DNA of 64,000 nucleotides from an uncultured virus (IMG/VR IMGVR_UViG_3300044675_004257) (lineage: Duplodnaviria; Heunggongvirae; Uroviricota; Caudoviricetes): the IMG/VR virus record IMGVR_UViG_3300044675_004257, positions 1-64,000 of that record; one strand, 5' to 3'. Below the pieces are notes generated by a model that worked only from the letters and a program-made list of their open reading frames with translations, ran no database searches and had not been told where the DNA came from. The translations under genes were made by a program, and so were the position numbers. Below, piece by piece: positions 48,119 through 57,595 of this stretch. Position 1 is the stretch's first letter; each line of letters starts with the position of its first letter.

Positions 48119-48211
48119 GCATATAATATGAATACTATAGTACTCCATGGCCATAATGTAAGACTTTTCTCTTATATTGCCATTTCATAAAAAACCTGTA
48201 TAATGTAACAC

Positions 48212-48607
48212 ATGACAACAAACAATGATGAAAGAACGAAAATGAATACTATTGACTTAGGTATCTTTGGTGATACAATCTACAATGCAACGGAAAGTAT
48301 TATTGCTGAAACTGAAAATGTAGAAGAAGGTTTTACTGGCGATATGTTAGATGTAATACATTTTTCTGACATACGTGATTCTGCTGAGGAATTACAACTT
48401 TTGATTGAACGTTACGAGTCAATCGAAAGTATTAAGAACGAAAGTATTAATCTGTACCAGAATGTTAAGTATATCTTAGAACATTGTGAAAATGAAATCT
48501 TTAGTACTACTGATACTGAGATAATGAATTCTTTTGATAACATTAGAACTTATGTTGACGTTATACGTGAATCAGTTAATACTTTATTATCAGAGCAGTC
48601 GGCTTGA
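48212..48607 (+). CDS. Very acidic hypothetical protein (start uncertain, may be 48242)
   Basis: E/D-rich ORF behind promoter TTGCCA-16-TATAAT at 48177. Confidence 0.6.
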   Translation: MTTNNDERTKMNTIDLGIFGDTIYNATESIIAETENVEEGFTGDMLDVIHFSDIRDSAEELQLLIERYESIESIKNESINLYQNVKYILEHCENEIFSTTDTEIMNSFDNIRTYVDVIRESVNTLLSEQSA

Positions 48608-48680
48608 GAACTATAGTACTCAGGTTGCCAGTTGTCGGATTCTATGATAGAATGGTATTTTTAAACGGTTGAGAGAGAAA

Positions 48681-48842
48681 ATGACAAAAAACGAAACTTT
48701 AGCACTCATTATTGAGCATATTGTAATGCAAGGGTATTCAGACCCCGATAAATTTGTGACCTATGCTACTACAATTCTGCCAATGATGAGTACGGAAGAG
48801 TTACTAGCCGAGTTGGCGTGTCTTGAAGAAGCAGGAATGTGA
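48681..48842 (+). CDS. Small hypothetical protein
   Basis: Promoter at 48625; 53 aa. Confidence 0.5.
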   Translation: MTKNETLALIIEHIVMQGYSDPDKFVTYATTILPMMSTEELLAELACLEEAGM

Positions 48843-48851
48843 GTAAAAAGT

Positions 48852-49106
48852 ATGACATTTGAAGATAAAGTTAGAACTTTTCATGTACTGTATGAGTTGT
48901 ATCGCAGTCCAGGTAATACTTCCTTATTCAAAGGCGTGCCTATTGAACAACGGGAACGTGTACTTCAGTATTACAAAGCTGTTGGTCAAAAAGTAAAACT
49001 AAGGTATCGTGGTCCTCGGGCACATAGAACCTTTCGTTCACAAAATACTCGCCAAAGCAGTTGTTTGCAGTCAGATGCTACTACTTTTGCAGTATACCCA
49101 CGATAG
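48852..49106 (+). CDS. Hypothetical protein
   Basis: RYRGPR..CLQSDATTFAVY. Confidence 0.6.
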   Translation: MTFEDKVRTFHVLYELYRSPGNTSLFKGVPIEQRERVLQYYKAVGQKVKLRYRGPRAHRTFRSQNTRQSSCLQSDATTFAVYPR

Positions 49107-49216
49107 TCAGGTAATACTGTAGTACTCCAGCAAACAAATGGAGTACTATGGTATTAGGTTGCCAAGTCAGGTAAAATCTGGTATAATTGTGTTTTAAATC
49201 AGTGAGGTAAGAAAAA

Positions 49217-50328
49217 ATGCGAAACGAAGCGATTATCGAAATGATAGATGAAATGTTGGATTGTGAAGGTGACGTTATTATCGGTAACTTGACCTTTTCA
49301 CGTTCCGCTATTGTGCGTAAACTTGATCCTATTGCTTATCGTGAGATTGCATTGGATATCGTTAATTCACAAATTGAAGATTTGCAATATGACCTGGAAC
49401 GCACAGATGATCCAGATGAAATTGAATTCATCAAAGAAAGCATTGCTGAGTTAGAAGATTTTTCGATTTAATCAGGTAACATTGAGGTAAAAATTATGGA
49501 TAATTTGATTAATTTGGTTTTGAAACAAATTCAGGATGATGTTGATTCTGGTGATTTGACAGCTCTTGAAGAATTGCTGAAGCGTGTGCCTGCTAAGGTA
49601 CTAGAATCCTATCTGCCTGAAGTAGATATGGATGAAGTAGAAACGGAATATGATGGCCAGCCTGATGAAGCACAGGAATGGCATGATTTTGATCCAGATT
49701 GTTGAGGTAAATTGTGCGAAAGCGAAAAGTATATTTCACGCCTGATGAAATTGAAGGTGAAATCCTGCATTTTGTCAAGGTAACAAAGTCCTCGGATGAT
49801 GCAGGTGAATATCTACTATCGCAATTGGTATATGTGGTGAGTGAATTGCCTAAAGCCAAGCAGGTAGATTTTTTTAATGGTTTGACTAATGCAAAGCAGG
49901 AGTTGGTATGAGTAAGTTAAAATTGCCGTTTGATTGTATGGTGCTCGATAAGGAATCTGTCGAGGTAAAGAATCCGTTTTCTGGTGAAGGTGTAATGTTG
50001 ACGCCTGAAGCAGTTGCAGTATATGACACCATAATGGGTTGTGAGATGACAGGCGACTACAAAATGGTTCGCAAAGGACTGGATTGGTTTCGCAAACATT
50101 ATCCAGCAGAATATATGGTTCTTTTAGATTAAGGTAAAAGTAATGACTAACTTGGAATTACGTACAAAACTGGAAGCAGCACAGTTGTTGCTTTCGGACG
50201 TGTATCATTGGGCATCCCAAAAGGAGACAATTTTACAGAGAACCGTAAACCCTGAAATTGAACGGCTAATGAGTGTAGCCGATTCATGTATTATTGACGC
50301 TTTGGATGAATTAGAGGATATGGAATGA
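49217..50328 (+). other. Run of five small early ORFs (49217-49471, 49496-49705, 49714-49911, 49908-50132, 50143-50328)
   Basis: GAGGT/AGGAG RBSs; promoter TTGCCA-17-TATAAT at 49159; DGQPDEAQEWHDFDPDC motif in the second ORF. Confidence 0.65.
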
Positions 50329-50598
50329 AAGATTTACATTGGATTTATATGTTGGATGTGTTGTCAGGCGCTAAATTCTCCAATCACGGGTTACAGTGTT
50401 TGGCAGAATTGAATATTGGCAAAGTGAAAGAACGGAAAGAATATCCATTATTGACCAATCGGTTGTATACACCAACTGTAATGGAAAAGTTTGCAATGAA
50501 ATAATACTTGACCTAGGTGATGGAGTACTTTAGTATTAAGGTTGCCATTTCCTAGGATTCATGTATAATGGTCATTGTTAAATTGAAAAGGATATATT

Positions 50599-51126
50599 AT
50601 GGAATTTCAAACTGGTAAACCCCCACAAACTGCCATGTATTTGGTCGACCGTGGGATGCAAGGCAAGTATTATCGCTGGTATGATGCAGAAACCGATTCT
50701 TGGTCAATGTGTGGGTCTGATATGACTGAAGCATTGTCATTTGTTGGTCGTCCATCGCCTGTTGGTTTCTTCCCATGGGTAGGTCCTATGACCGGCCCAC
50801 GATTCAACCCTAGTACAGGTGTTGCTGATCCTGAAGTTAAGACACCAAAAGTCGCCAAAGCAAAACCTGCATCACGTAAGATGGCACGCCAACGTACAGT
50901 GACACCAACCAAACTGGTTATTTCAAAAGTTGGCAATACCACTGTTGGTTCTATTGTAAAAGGCACTAAAACAACGCATCCTGATGGTACTGTATTCTTC
51001 CGTGCGGATCGTCAAAAATGGGTTGCTATGATGAATGGCAAACAAGAAGCAGCACGACCAACACCTGAAGCGTGTTTGTCATTCTTAAAGAAGAAATACA
51101 ACGTTGACGGCATTGTGTTAAAATGA
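50599..51126 (+). CDS. Hypothetical protein with basic linker and AP2-like C-terminus
   Basis: Own promoter at 50542; GTVFFRADRQKWVA. Confidence 0.6.
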   Translation: MEFQTGKPPQTAMYLVDRGMQGKYYRWYDAETDSWSMCGSDMTEALSFVGRPSPVGFFPWVGPMTGPRFNPSTGVADPEVKTPKVAKAKPASRKMARQRTVTPTKLVISKVGNTTVGSIVKGTKTTHPDGTVFFRADRQKWVAMMNGKQEAARPTPEACLSFLKKKYNVDGIVLK

Positions 51127-51311
51127 TTAAGACTGTTGGATTGTGTGATAATGATGCTGATGGTGTTATCAGTTTTGCATGGAGTACTAAAAAAACAGGC
51201 ATTGCAGTGCAATTAGAAGATATATTTGGTAATGTGGTAGATGCTCATTTCTATAAAAAGGATTTGGCTAAGACATTAAAAAAACTTTTAAAGAAATTGG
51301 AACAGGAGTAA
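51123..51311 (+). CDS. Hypothetical protein
   Basis: ATGA overlap. Confidence 0.55.
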   Translation: MIKTVGLCDNDADGVISFAWSTKKTGIAVQLEDIFGNVVDAHFYKKDLAKTLKKLLKKLEQE

Positions 51312-51707
51312 ATGATGGGTTTAGATATGTACGCATTCCGTGTAAAAGCGGAAGATGTGATTGATGATTTTAATGTGCGTGGTCAGGACGCTGGTCGTGA
51401 AGATGATTTAGAAGAATTGGCATATTGGCGTAAGCACCACGACCTCCATGGTTGGATGGAACGCCTGTATCGTTCAAAAGGCGGCGATAAAGAATCGTTT
51501 AATTGTGTGCCTGTACGATTGACAATGGAAGACCTGCAATCATTGGCAATGGATGTGACAAAAGGCCGATTGCCTGAAACAGTTGGTTTCTTCTTTGGTA
51601 ATAATCCACCTGATCCTGATTCTGTTGCACAGGATATGGAATTCATTGGCAAGGCAATGGCAGCTATTGCTGTAGGCGATGCCGTTTACTATGATTCATG
51701 GTGGTAA
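51312..51707 (+). CDS. Conserved phage protein (MGLDMY...YWRKH..LHGWM)
   Basis: Recognisable motif family; ends YYDSWW. Confidence 0.75.
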   Translation: MMGLDMYAFRVKAEDVIDDFNVRGQDAGREDDLEELAYWRKHHDLHGWMERLYRSKGGDKESFNCVPVRLTMEDLQSLAMDVTKGRLPETVGFFFGNNPPDPDSVAQDMEFIGKAMAAIAVGDAVYYDSWW

Positions 51708-51782
51708 TGTGAAAAAGACTTGCCAAGAAATCAACGTTGTTATATAATTGCGGTGCCCCCCAGTAAGGATTAAGGATTAATT

Positions 51783-52004
51783 ATGAAAAAAGTAACTGTT
51801 GAATTGGATTGGGATACCGTTGATGGTATCATACAAACGGAATTGCAAAGTACATATGAATCACTAAAACAGGATTTGGTGAATCGTGCTGAAGGTCGTG
51901 GTTTTGCAATATTTGATATTGATGAAGCCAAGGACATTGGTGAAATCACAGACCATTTATATTGTTTGGAACGTGTTATGAAATATTGGGGTGTGACAGT
52001 ATGA
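51783..52004 (+). CDS. Hypothetical protein
   Basis: Promoter TTGCCA-17-TATAAT at 51720. Confidence 0.6.
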   Translation: MKKVTVELDWDTVDGIIQTELQSTYESLKQDLVNRAEGRGFAIFDIDEAKDIGEITDHLYCLERVMKYWGVTV

Positions 52005-52207
52005 ATTATGAATTAGAAATTTCATATGCACAAGATTTTGCATTAGATTCAGCTCTCCGTTTTCTTGACCGCCGTCCATGGGTCATGACCAAGACTATAG
52101 AACGCCTTGCAAGTAATGACAAACTGGATCCAGACCTCTTGGAATTGGCGGTGGCAGTCTTATTCCCAGCTGCCGTAGTACACTTAGCGACAGGAAAGTC
52201 CGTATAA
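52001..52207 (+). CDS. Hypothetical protein
   Basis: ATGA overlap. Confidence 0.5.
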   Translation: MNYELEISYAQDFALDSALRFLDRRPWVMTKTIERLASNDKLDPDLLELAVAVLFPAAVVHLATGKSV

Positions 52208-52461
52208 TATATGGATCCAGAAACGTTTACCTATCGTTGGAATGATGCCGTTGTCACATATGATGAGTACAAAAAACTGGTTGCAGCGCACCAGGAGTGG
52301 GTGGACGCAACGGAAAAGCGGGCAGCAATGGTTGCTGAAGCAGAGAAACCGAAGCGTTCCAAGAAGAATACTTGACCGGACTGCTTGAGTACTAAAGTAT
52401 TAGGCTTGCCTTTTCTACCAGAACCTGTAGAATACGTAGTATTGATTGATTAGGAGTAACG

Positions 52462-53340
52462 ATGATTGATGTGAAATTTGTTGGTGGTAAGTATGTTGCT
52501 GTTATCAACGGCAAGACTGTAAAGCGTTCAAACAAGGCGCATATGGATTATGTCATCCGTAAGGCACAATCAGAATCCAATTCTGTTGCACCTGTGCTTG
52601 AGTCCCGTTTTAGTATTAACCAACGCTTCGGTTTTGTGTCTGATATGGTTACTATGCTTGCTAACGGCGCACAAGCATCCGTTGTTGTGACTGGTCCTGG
52701 TGGTCTTGGTAAGTCTTTTACCGTGTCACAAACGTTGACAGCACTTGGTTTCAAAGATGTATCCGTGCTTGATGATATCGCTGTTGGTACCGTCCTTAAG
52801 ACTGCCAAGACATTCCGTGTCATCAAAGGTTATTCAACACCTAAAGGCCTGTACCGCACACTTTATGAAAATAAAGATGGCGTTATTGTGTTTGATGATT
52901 GTGATTCCGTACTCAAGGATCCTACATCATTGAACCTGCTCAAAGGTGCGCTTGATTCATATTCACGCCGTATCATTTCATGGAGAGCGGATATCAAAGA
53001 TGAAGATTTGCCTACATCCTTCGAATTCAAAGGTCGTGTTGTGTTTATCTCCAACTTGTCCGCATCCAATATTGACCAGGCTATCCTGACCCGTTCATTG
53101 GCTGTTGACTTGTCAATGACCACAAAGCAAAAGGTCGAACGTATGCGCCACCTGTTGTCTACAGGTGAGTTTATGCCTGAGTTTGACAAAGTTGTTAAGA
53201 CTGATGCTATGAATTTGATTGAGAAGCACCAAGATTCAGTTAAAGAGTTATCGCTCCGCACACTGATTCAGGTAACAAAGATTCGCCAAGGCGCAGGTAA
53301 AAACTGGTCTGATTTGGCTGAGTATGCAATTTGTGGTTAA
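52462..53340 (+). CDS. P-loop ATPase (AAA-like)
   Basis: GPGGLGKS, IVFDDCD, LLKGALDS and FISN motifs. Confidence 0.85.
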   Translation: MIDVKFVGGKYVAVINGKTVKRSNKAHMDYVIRKAQSESNSVAPVLESRFSINQRFGFVSDMVTMLANGAQASVVVTGPGGLGKSFTVSQTLTALGFKDVSVLDDIAVGTVLKTAKTFRVIKGYSTPKGLYRTLYENKDGVIVFDDCDSVLKDPTSLNLLKGALDSYSRRIISWRADIKDEDLPTSFEFKGRVVFISNLSASNIDQAILTRSLAVDLSMTTKQKVERMRHLLSTGEFMPEFDKVVKTDAMNLIEKHQDSVKELSLRTLIQVTKIRQGAGKNWSDLAEYAICG

Positions 53341-53352
53341 TCAGGTAAAATT

Positions 53353-53793
53353 ATGACAATCAAACAACGTCACGATTTTGGTAAACGTCCGAAATGTATT
53401 CAATGTCACAATGACCGCCAATTTATGGGTACATATACTAAAGATGGTTATCCACAATATCGAAAGTATTGTCAAAAGTGCCATCATAAACGCCAAGGTG
53501 CTAAAAAGGGGTTGACAGCAAATGAATGGGTCAATTCTTTCCATGATTATAAAAAATATCGCAAAGTATACTGTGAAAACGGAAAAGGTGAGTTGGCTGG
53601 TTGGTTAGGTTTTACTTGTACTATGAAAATTGTAGCACCACATTTGCAATTGGACATAGACCATTTGGATGGAAATTCAGACAATAATGAAGAAGTTAAT
53701 TTGATGACTTTATGTAAGTGTTGCCATTCCATTAAAACAAATATGTTTATGGATTATGCAACACCTGGTCGCAAGGCACGAAAGCAAAAATAA
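53353..53793 (+). CDS. HNH endonuclease
   Basis: LDIDHLDGNSDNN..NLMTLCKCCH; N-terminal CxxC pairs. Confidence 0.85.
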   Translation: MTIKQRHDFGKRPKCIQCHNDRQFMGTYTKDGYPQYRKYCQKCHHKRQGAKKGLTANEWVNSFHDYKKYRKVYCENGKGELAGWLGFTCTMKIVAPHLQLDIDHLDGNSDNNEEVNLMTLCKCCHSIKTNMFMDYATPGRKARKQK

Positions 53794-53794
53794 G

Positions 53795-54007
53795 ATGAAC
53801 GAACGAATTCGACAACTTTGGTCACAGGCTGGTGGTCATTATGATAGTGGCAATCAGCACACTTGGCCACAATATACGATTGACGATCCTAAAAAGTTCG
53901 CCGAGTTGATTGTTATGGAATGCCTAACCATATGTGAGGAACTAGGTGACAAAGGAATGGATGGCCATTATTGTGCGGATAAGATTAATAAAACATTTCG
54001 GAGTTGA
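53795..54007 (+). CDS. MNERI-family small protein
   Basis: First 35 aa nearly identical to 43685-43927. Confidence 0.7.
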   Translation: MNERIRQLWSQAGGHYDSGNQHTWPQYTIDDPKKFAELIVMECLTICEELGDKGMDGHYCADKINKTFRS

Positions 54008-54010
54008 AGA

Positions 54011-54292
54011 ATGAAAGTTGTTATAAATGCGTGTCATGGTGGTTTTGGTTTATCTGAGGCTGCATTAGATGAATATAAAAACCGTGCTGGTATTACTGAT
54101 GAAAGATTTTGGTATTATGATATTCCCCGTGATTGTCCAGACCTTGTGGCAATGATTGAAGAATATGGTACCGATGCTGGTGGTGATTTCTCAGATTTAA
54201 AAATCGTAGAAGTTCCTGATGATGTAGACTGGTACATTGAGGAATATGATGGTAGAGAATGGGTGGCTGAACGTCACAGGACTTGGAGTTAA
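54011..54292 (+). CDS. Conserved phage protein
   Basis: KVVINACHGGFGLS..IEEYDGREWVAE. Confidence 0.75.
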   Translation: MKVVINACHGGFGLSEAALDEYKNRAGITDERFWYYDIPRDCPDLVAMIEEYGTDAGGDFSDLKIVEVPDDVDWYIEEYDGREWVAERHRTWS

Positions 54293-54294
54293 TT

Positions 54295-54528
54295 ATGTGG
54301 CGCAAAAGAGAAGTTCAAAATAAAATACAACACGCTTTGCAAAAGGCTGATTGTGATAATATGCTGATGGCATTGCTTGGTCGCCAAGAATTGGTAGATA
54401 GATGGTGGGATAGTCCAAATATGCATTTTAATTTTAAACATCCAATTGATGTATTCAATTTGAATGATGATGGTCGCCAAGCAGTTGTCAGTTATGTTAC
54501 GGAACATTGTTATGGTGGATATCATTGA
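54295..54528 (+). CDS. MbcA/ParS/Xre antitoxin C-terminal-like protein
   Basis: LLG..LVDRWWDSPN.HF...P pattern. Confidence 0.5.
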   Translation: MWRKREVQNKIQHALQKADCDNMLMALLGRQELVDRWWDSPNMHFNFKHPIDVFNLNDDGRQAVVSYVTEHCYGGYH

Positions 54529-54631
54529 TTAGTACTAAAGTACTACTGTTGTAGGTTAACAACAACATGGTTGCCAGTTGGTATTATTTCTGATATAATA
54601 CTTGTATTGATTGATTGAAAAAGGTTTTGTA

Positions 54632-56794
54632 ATGATTCTCAATAGCGCACCTCAAGCAGAGGCCATTCTTTCCAATGTTGGTGAAATCGGTGAGTTCCGT
54701 ATCCGTAATTCAGCAAAAGCATTTAACATTCTTTCCAGCGGTTTGTACGCCAATAAGATTAAGGCGATAATTCGTGAGTTGTCATGTAATGCCATTGATA
54801 GTCACACCGCAGCAGGCACCACACAACCTTTCGAGGTGCACCTGCCAACCACACTAGAACCGTGGTTTTCTATTCGTGATTTTGGCACTGGTTTGTCACA
54901 TGACCAAGTAACCAAAATTTACACCACATATTTTGAATCAACCAAAACCGAATCTAATGAGTTTATCGGTGCTCTTGGTCTTGGTTCAAAATCTCCGTTC
55001 TCTTATACTGATAACTTCACTGTCACTGCCATTCAAAATGGCCGCAAAGGCATTTACTCTGCCTTTATCAATGACGTTGGTGTGCCATCTATTGCTCTGA
55101 TGGGTGAAGAAGCGGTATCAGAATCTAATGGTGTTGAGGTAAAATTCTCCGTCAATGACAGGTATGACTTTAGTAAATTTACTGATGAAGCAGTAAAAGT
55201 ATATCGTTGGTTCCCTGTATTGCCTACAATCACAGGTAACACAATCAATATTGAACGTGTTGAATATGAAACACAGAATATTATTCCCGGTGTTCATTCA
55301 GTTAAATCTGATAGGTACAATCGTACCTCATCCATTGCTGTGATGGGTAACATTGCATATCCTATTGAAGTACCACAAGCCGAACAATCACTTGAAGGTG
55401 TACACCAATTGTTGAAATGTGGCCTTGTGCTTGAATTTGGCATTGGTGAGTTGGACTTTCAAGCATCACGTGAAGGTTTGTCCTACATTCCATTGACCAT
55501 TGATTCTATTCGTAAAAAATTGGTTGCAGTTAATGCTGCATTGACCAAGGTTCTTACTGCTGAAGCTGATGTGATTGAAGGTGAATGGGAACGTTCCAAG
55601 TTTTTGTATAACAAGAAACACCAAGAATTATGGCAAGGTGCAGTGCTTGAATATGTGACCAACACTGGTTTTGCTTTGTTTGATGTACGTGGTGCTGGGT
55701 ATCATTCGTTTGATATCAAGGCAGATTTGCTTGATTTGAAGGCTATGAACATTCATATCAAACAATTTGAGTCTGAACGTGGTAATAACCGTTGCAAGAA
55801 TCGTAGTCATTCTGTATCTTATGATAAAGACCAAAAGCGTATTGAGTATTTCAATATCGAGGTTGACAACATCTCAATGTTTGTTGAGAATGATTGTAAG
55901 ACCGGTTCATTTGAACGTGCTAAACACCATTTCCGCAATAAAGAGAAAAACACTTATCGTGAAAATGTGTTTGTGTTGGACAAACTGGATAAAACCAAAC
56001 CAATGAATTTGGTTGCTTTCTATACAATGTTGCACAATCCACCTGCTGCACAGCGTATGGCTGCATCAACGTTGAATGAAAAACCACGTAAGAATGGTGC
56101 TGGTAATGGTTTTGGTAAGAACGTAACTATTCTCCAACTTGACCGCCGTGGTGGACATTCAAATCGTTCAGCATCACAAGATTTTGTTTGGCGTGCCGCT
56201 GATACATTGGATAAGTTTGATAAGACTGAAAAGTTTTATTATGTTCCATTGCTAGGCTTTGTTCCTCAATTTACCAAATTGCGTCACAATGTTGACCAGT
56301 TGAAACAGTTGTTGAATAGAACCGAGATTGATGAGTTGAAAGTTAATGTGTATGGTGTCCGTAAAGGTGATATTGAAACCATCAAAAAGATGCCAAACTG
56401 GATTAACCTTGAAGAACACATTTCTACCACTGTTAATAACTTAAATACCAAAATTGGTATGGCTACCGTGATGGAACGGCTTGACAAGCACGACATTTTC
56501 AACTATAATTACCAGACGGTGATTGATGGTGTTGATGTAAAGAGTCCTGCAAAAGCATTCTTAGATGGTTTTGTTGGTCTACCAAAGTTGAAAGGCATCC
56601 ATTGGTTACAACAATTGATGCGAGCAATGCAAGTTGAGAACAACGTAGATGTTGAAGATTTGCTTGTACAATACAAACAAAAATTGGCTGATTTTTCTAA
56701 GCGATACCCTCTGCTTGATAAATTGAGTTCGTATGCAAATGAGGGTGATGTGTGTGAGTATATTAATTTGGTTGACACAGTGAAAGGTGTTTAA
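54632..56794 (+). CDS. rIIA: RIIA lysis-inhibition protein
   Basis: LY.NKIKAIIRELSCNAIDSH, IRDFGTGL, IGALGLGSKSPFSYT and SREGLSY motifs. Confidence 0.92.
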   Translation: MILNSAPQAEAILSNVGEIGEFRIRNSAKAFNILSSGLYANKIKAIIRELSCNAIDSHTAAGTTQPFEVHLPTTLEPWFSIRDFGTGLSHDQVTKIYTTYFESTKTESNEFIGALGLGSKSPFSYTDNFTVTAIQNGRKGIYSAFINDVGVPSIALMGEEAVSESNGVEVKFSVNDRYDFSKFTDEAVKVYRWFPVLPTITGNTINIERVEYETQNIIPGVHSVKSDRYNRTSSIAVMGNIAYPIEVPQAEQSLEGVHQLLKCGLVLEFGIGELDFQASREGLSYIPLTIDSIRKKLVAVNAALTKVLTAEADVIEGEWERSKFLYNKKHQELWQGAVLEYVTNTGFALFDVRGAGYHSFDIKADLLDLKAMNIHIKQFESERGNNRCKNRSHSVSYDKDQKRIEYFNIEVDNISMFVENDCKTGSFERAKHHFRNKEKNTYRENVFVLDKLDKTKPMNLVAFYTMLHNPPAAQRMAASTLNEKPRKNGAGNGFGKNVTILQLDRRGGHSNRSASQDFVWRAADTLDKFDKTEKFYYVPLLGFVPQFTKLRHNVDQLKQLLNRTEIDELKVNVYGVRKGDIETIKKMPNWINLEEHISTTVNNLNTKIGMATVMERLDKHDIFNYNYQTVIDGVDVKSPAKAFLDGFVGLPKLKGIHWLQQLMRAMQVENNVDVEDLLVQYKQKLADFSKRYPLLDKLSSYANEGDVCEYINLVDTVKGV

Positions 56795-56795
56795 G

Positions 56796-57554
56796 ATGTT
56801 TCCGTATTTGATTCAAGGTTCTAATGTTGTGGTTGTTATTGATAATACACCACACACAATTTCTAAAACCCATATCACCTATCAAAAGGTAGTTGATGCC
56901 ATCAAGGCAAGTGATTGGGAAACTGTACGTGATACAATCAATCCTAAAAAGGTTGTGTTGAATTATGGTGCAGGTAATATTGAAGTACAAGGCGAGAAAT
57001 TGTTTTGGAAAGGCACAGAGATGCATGGTGCCATTGTTAACCGCATGGTTGAGATGTTGCAATCAGGTTTTCCAATTGAACCATTGGCCAACTTCATGCA
57101 GAACATGATGGAAAACCCTTCGTTCCGTGCTGTGAATGAGTTGTATGGTTTCTTGGAAAAGAATCGTTTGCCAATTACAGGTGATGGTCATTTCTTGGCA
57201 TACAAAAAAGTCCGTGACGATTACAAAGATTGTCATACAGGCACAATGGATAATTCTGTTGGTAAGTTTGTTGAGATGGAACGCAACCAAGTTAATGATG
57301 ACAAGAACCAAACCTGCTCTGCTGGTTTGCATTTCTGCTCTGAGTCCTATTTGGCTCACTTTGGTGGCGAACGCACCGTGATTGTTAAAATCAATCCACG
57401 TGATGTTGTATCCATTCCAACAGATTACGACAATGCGAAAGGCCGTGCCTGCCGTTATGAGGTGATTGGTGAAGTTGGTGTGATGCCAGATGATGAAGAA
57501 GAATTCACTGCACCTGTGCAAGAAAACGCAAATAGCTGGCCCGCAAGGTGGTAA
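56796..57554 (+). CDS. rIIB: RIIB protein
   Basis: DGHFLAYK, CSAGLHFCS and NPRDVVSIPTDY motifs; follows rIIA. Confidence 0.92.
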   Translation: MFPYLIQGSNVVVVIDNTPHTISKTHITYQKVVDAIKASDWETVRDTINPKKVVLNYGAGNIEVQGEKLFWKGTEMHGAIVNRMVEMLQSGFPIEPLANFMQNMMENPSFRAVNELYGFLEKNRLPITGDGHFLAYKKVRDDYKDCHTGTMDNSVGKFVEMERNQVNDDKNQTCSAGLHFCSESYLAHFGGERTVIVKINPRDVVSIPTDYDNAKGRACRYEVIGEVGVMPDDEEEFTAPVQENANSWPARW

Positions 57555-57584
57555 CCACCTGTGCAAGAAAACGCAAATAACTGG
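57511..57584 (+). repeat. 29-bp direct repeat (1 mismatch), period 45
   Basis: CACCTGTGCAAGAAAACGCAAATARCTGG at 57511 and 57556. Confidence 0.9.
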
Positions 57585-57595
57585 ATTGAACCTTA

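Noticed and set aside
43685..53900. Diversity-generating retroelement TR/VR pair
   Set aside because: Differences are not adenine-specific and no reverse transcriptase is in the window.
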